Source: Haplodiscus bocki (lineage: Eukaryota). Taken from it: 64,000 nt of DNA. Below are positions 60,702-64,000 of the stretch, piece after piece; within the stretch, counting starts at the first letter, position 1, and every line of letters starts with the position of its first letter. The notes below the pieces were generated by a model. It was not told the origin of the DNA. It saw nothing but the letters and a program-made list of their open reading frames with translations, and ran no database searches. The stretch lies in contig OZ296656.1 in NCBI GenBank assembly GCA_965655095.1, positions 15,624,001-15,688,000 on the forward strand. Reading direction: 5' to 3'. Made by a program: the position numbers and the translations under genes.

Positions 60702-62760
60702 TACTTCATGAACAAAACCGAAATTAGCCGGTTGTTCAGTCATTGGAGTGTTGTTAGCATTCGTTCTAGAAAGCAAGACACTCCATAGATGTTACCTACG
60801 ACATGGTAAAATCTTGAATCCTTTCATAATATTCTGGGGTAACATGATTATTTCACTAGTCGACCGTTGGTAGACTAAAGTTGGTGAAGTTCTGAACTAA
60901 ATACAGTTGAGATGGAGAAGCAATGCTTTAATTACTATGTGCAGTTGGGCACCGTGATTTCGGTTGTAAAAAGAGAATCAGAATTTTTGGAATAATTTCT
61001 TTTGGTTGTGCACCTTTCAATAGAACAACAGCATTCCTCTATACCAAATTTAAGAAACTTTCATGGTGTGTTTCGAAAACTTCTGAAATCAAGGAGCATA
61101 TTTCTTCAAGTTCTTTGTATGTTAAGTAGATAGAAAATGTTCAAACACTAGATCAAAAGATTACCGAATAAAATTGGCACTAACTTGGGAACAATAGATT
61201 TGAATGAAATATTTACTGTACACATTTGTACATTGATCAACAGAGATTTAATTGAAACATTGAGACACCACGATCTCAAAATTCGAAATTTTACTATTAC
61301 ATATAAATTAGATGGTTACTCGAGTTTGATGTCCGATTTTGCAACAAAGTAACGCAGCCTAGTAGTACATCAATAACCAAGTTAGCGTTGTAGCTCAATC
61401 ACAGCATTCCTCACATGACCCGAATTCTGCAAGTTGCAGGCAAATATTTGCTTACCTAAACGTGACACGTTTCAAACAAGGCTTGTAAAAGTAAGGAAGT
61501 AACATGGTGGTCTTCTGAAGATAAACGACCCACTTTACTAACGTTTGATACATGTTCTGTGAGTTAATTTGAAAGTGATTATACCGAGCAATTATTCAAC
61601 ATCTTGTCATAATTTAGAATGGCTCCGAATGACCTAAAAACGAGTTCCATTTGACCCAGAAATGCTACATCTAAACTTATGATGACAAGAAAAGAAATGT
61701 GAAGACTTCTCAACAAAATGATCGGTAGAGATTTACTTATGTCAACGCATGCTTGATGTTTGAACCAGGAGTTTTGGCTCTGCCACAAAGGCACAAAATG
61801 TTAGAAGTCTGGCAAAAACGCCCCTTTGAGCGTTTTTTATATTGCTTACTGGACCATGTTGTTTGGAGACAATGTTCCGTTGGAGTCCTTGTCACCTCTT
61901 TTCTTGGAGCCCTTTAGCTCAGCTGACAACGCCAACTTGTATGATGGACGTTTCTGGGCCGCACGTGAACAACTCGTAGTTATTAGAAGTTGCTTGTTTC
62001 GCGGTGTAAAAACTTTCACGCTGGTTGAGAAAGATCACTGCGCTGGTGCAAATCTATAAAAAAAACTTACAAAAAATAATTTCTGTCTTTTTTAATGTAT
62101 AGAAGGAAGCTTAAAAGTCGAAAAGAAAGTTTGGACCGCTACAATGGACACTATTTATATTACTTGAGTGTCGCAGCACACCTGCGAGGCATGCGGCCAA
62201 CCCCTTCCACAGACAAAGACTTCCTAAAGCCCAATGGAAAACTTAAAACTCTAAACACTACTAATCAGACTCATAACTAATTATTTTTTAGACTATTTTA
62301 ACCATTGTGCATATACACGGATACGTATGCAATACGTATCCATAACAAATGCACAGAAATATCAACTGATCCAAACTAGGACGGAACCGTTACGGAGCAA
62401 ACAAGTATTCACAGAGCAATTGATCCTTAAAGGTGCTATTTTTATATTAATTTACTTAATTATCTAGTTATTTAAATATTAAAAATAGATCCACCTTTTT
62501 GGTACAATTGCAGTAATTAATAATAATAAGTGCAGTTTACAGCGGTGATTGACTTTCAAAAGTGCTAGCAATAGAGCGGCTTATTTGTATTAAATTGACT
62601 CTCGGAGTGAATATTTGTTCCGTACGTGTTCCGTCGTCACTAGTTTGGTGACGTCATAAATACTACTCTAACTATGCCGTGCTGCAGTGCTATGGTGAAT
62701 ACGGAGTGAATCCGTATTCACTCCTAATTCGAGCACGGCTGACTGAATTGAAACGAATGC

Positions 62761-62925
62761 TACTAGTGGCTACGGAGCTGTTCCGGATACCACTAGTAGC
62801 AGACTGAATTTTAACTTGTACTACTAGTGGCTACGGAGCTGTTCCGGATACCACTAGTAGCACACTGAAGTTTAACTTGTACTACTAGTGGCTACGGAGC
62901 TGCTCCGGATACCACTAGTAGCTAC
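62761..62925. repeat. 61-bp tandem repeat (~2.7 units), each with a TACTAGTGG...CCACTAGTA hairpin
   Basis: Units start at 62761, 62822 and 62883. Confidence 0.9.
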
Positions 62926-63604
62926 TAGGCGGAACGAGGAGTAAATTAGTAATGATACTAGTTTCTCCTCATTTCCAAAATACTGAAAGCTTAATTAATT
63001 AGATGATGGTGATACGAATGTGAAGATGATGATTAAGTGTACTCTTGTAATGAAATCATGTATGTTGTATTTTCTTTTATTTTCCTCATTTTTATTTTTG
63101 TAATTTTTTTTTCTACTCTCCTAAACAAGGAAATTCTTTGAACTTTCCATCTATGGAGTATACAATAAACAACATGTCGGTGCGGGAATAAACGCTTTGA
63201 TGTCCATCTCCGACGGATTAGGACCGTCCATTTTCTGTCGAAAGATGGAAAAGGCGCGTCCTATGATGGAAGAAATGGATGGAAAAGTTGTTTATTTCCC
63301 GCGAGAGTCGGCATTTTTAAACTTTGATGTGCTGGTCTAACGTATTTTTCCCTATTTGTACTTTGACTTGGCGGGTAAACAATTAGGTTTCCCGCCAGGA
63401 AAAAGTATAAATAGGAGAAATGAAAATACAAGGGACAATTGATTTTATTCTTTCCTGCTAGTAACTTACTGACGATATTAATCCAGTACTGTAAAACTTC
63501 CTTGATTGTATTATTTGGTCACTGTAAAACTCAAATTGTTTTCTTGCCTCAACTCAACTAATAAAGTATTACTGATTGGCAATTATTTTTCCCTTCGTCA
63601 AGAA

Positions 63605-63886
63605 ATGACCACTCGAAACAAGAGAAAATTGGCAGCGTCGATTAAAGAAAATTGTGAAGAAAATCCTAGGAGCAACATGGCACAAAACTCAGGCGCTCCT
63701 AGATCGCAGGAGGACTACATAACTCAAGTCTCCGAGGAGATTGAGGGAAGAGTCACGAGAAGTCTGTCAAAGGAGTTCAGTCGAACAGAGAACCGCATTC
63801 TTGGTGCTCTAGCGCGACTCGATGACTTTCTGATGAACCCACTATTACCGGGACACTCCGGAGCCCACCCGGAACGCATCGCATAA
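63605..63886 (+). CDS. Probable transposable-element ORF N-terminus (basic motif plus helical region), likely frameshifted and running off the window
   Basis: MTTRNKRKLAA...QEDYITQVSEEIEGRVTRSLSKEFSRTENRILGAL has protein-like composition; TATAAATA at ~63406 upstream; no diagnostic motif. Confidence 0.4.
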   Translation: MTTRNKRKLAASIKENCEENPRSNMAQNSGAPRSQEDYITQVSEEIEGRVTRSLSKEFSRTENRILGALARLDDFLMNPLLPGHSGAHPERIA

Positions 63887-64000
63887 TAACCAGGGAACGA
63901 ATGAGGACGGTTCCCAGAATGATCCTCATCCTGAAGCGGGTCTCTTCCATGGCCAAACAACACGAAACGTTAGCCTAGAAGATGATCACGACATTGAGCT

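Overview
AT-rich, repeat-dense animal (probably invertebrate) genomic DNA. The only clear host gene is the 3' part of a divergent TGF-beta/BMP type I-like receptor kinase on the + strand (exons 721-1128 and 24571-25139, joined across a ~23.4 kb GT-AG intron). The window is dominated by one family of giant-LTR retroelements with no recognisable pol. It has two complete copies (8537-18836, -, TSD GCAG; 33514-42780, +, TSD TTTT) and a diverged solo LTR (58370-60701, -, TSD TACT). All have non-canonical TA...CA termini. The 2.3-3.7 kb LTRs are modular: promoter blocks, 49-60 bp tandem arrays, covarying hairpins and a variable cargo slot. The complete copies enclose a ~3 kb interior with a CCHC Gag-like ORF and extra copies of the primer-binding site. 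Also present are a degenerate R2-type element outside rDNA (~27586-30309, -) that keeps a 28S-derived leader and an HDV-like ribozyme fold, an old decayed Ty3/Gypsy element (~51824-57385, +), LINE RT fragments, MITE-like elements, a tRNA-derived SINE-like head and a 136-N gap. All calls come from reading the sequence by eye; no searches or folding programs were run.
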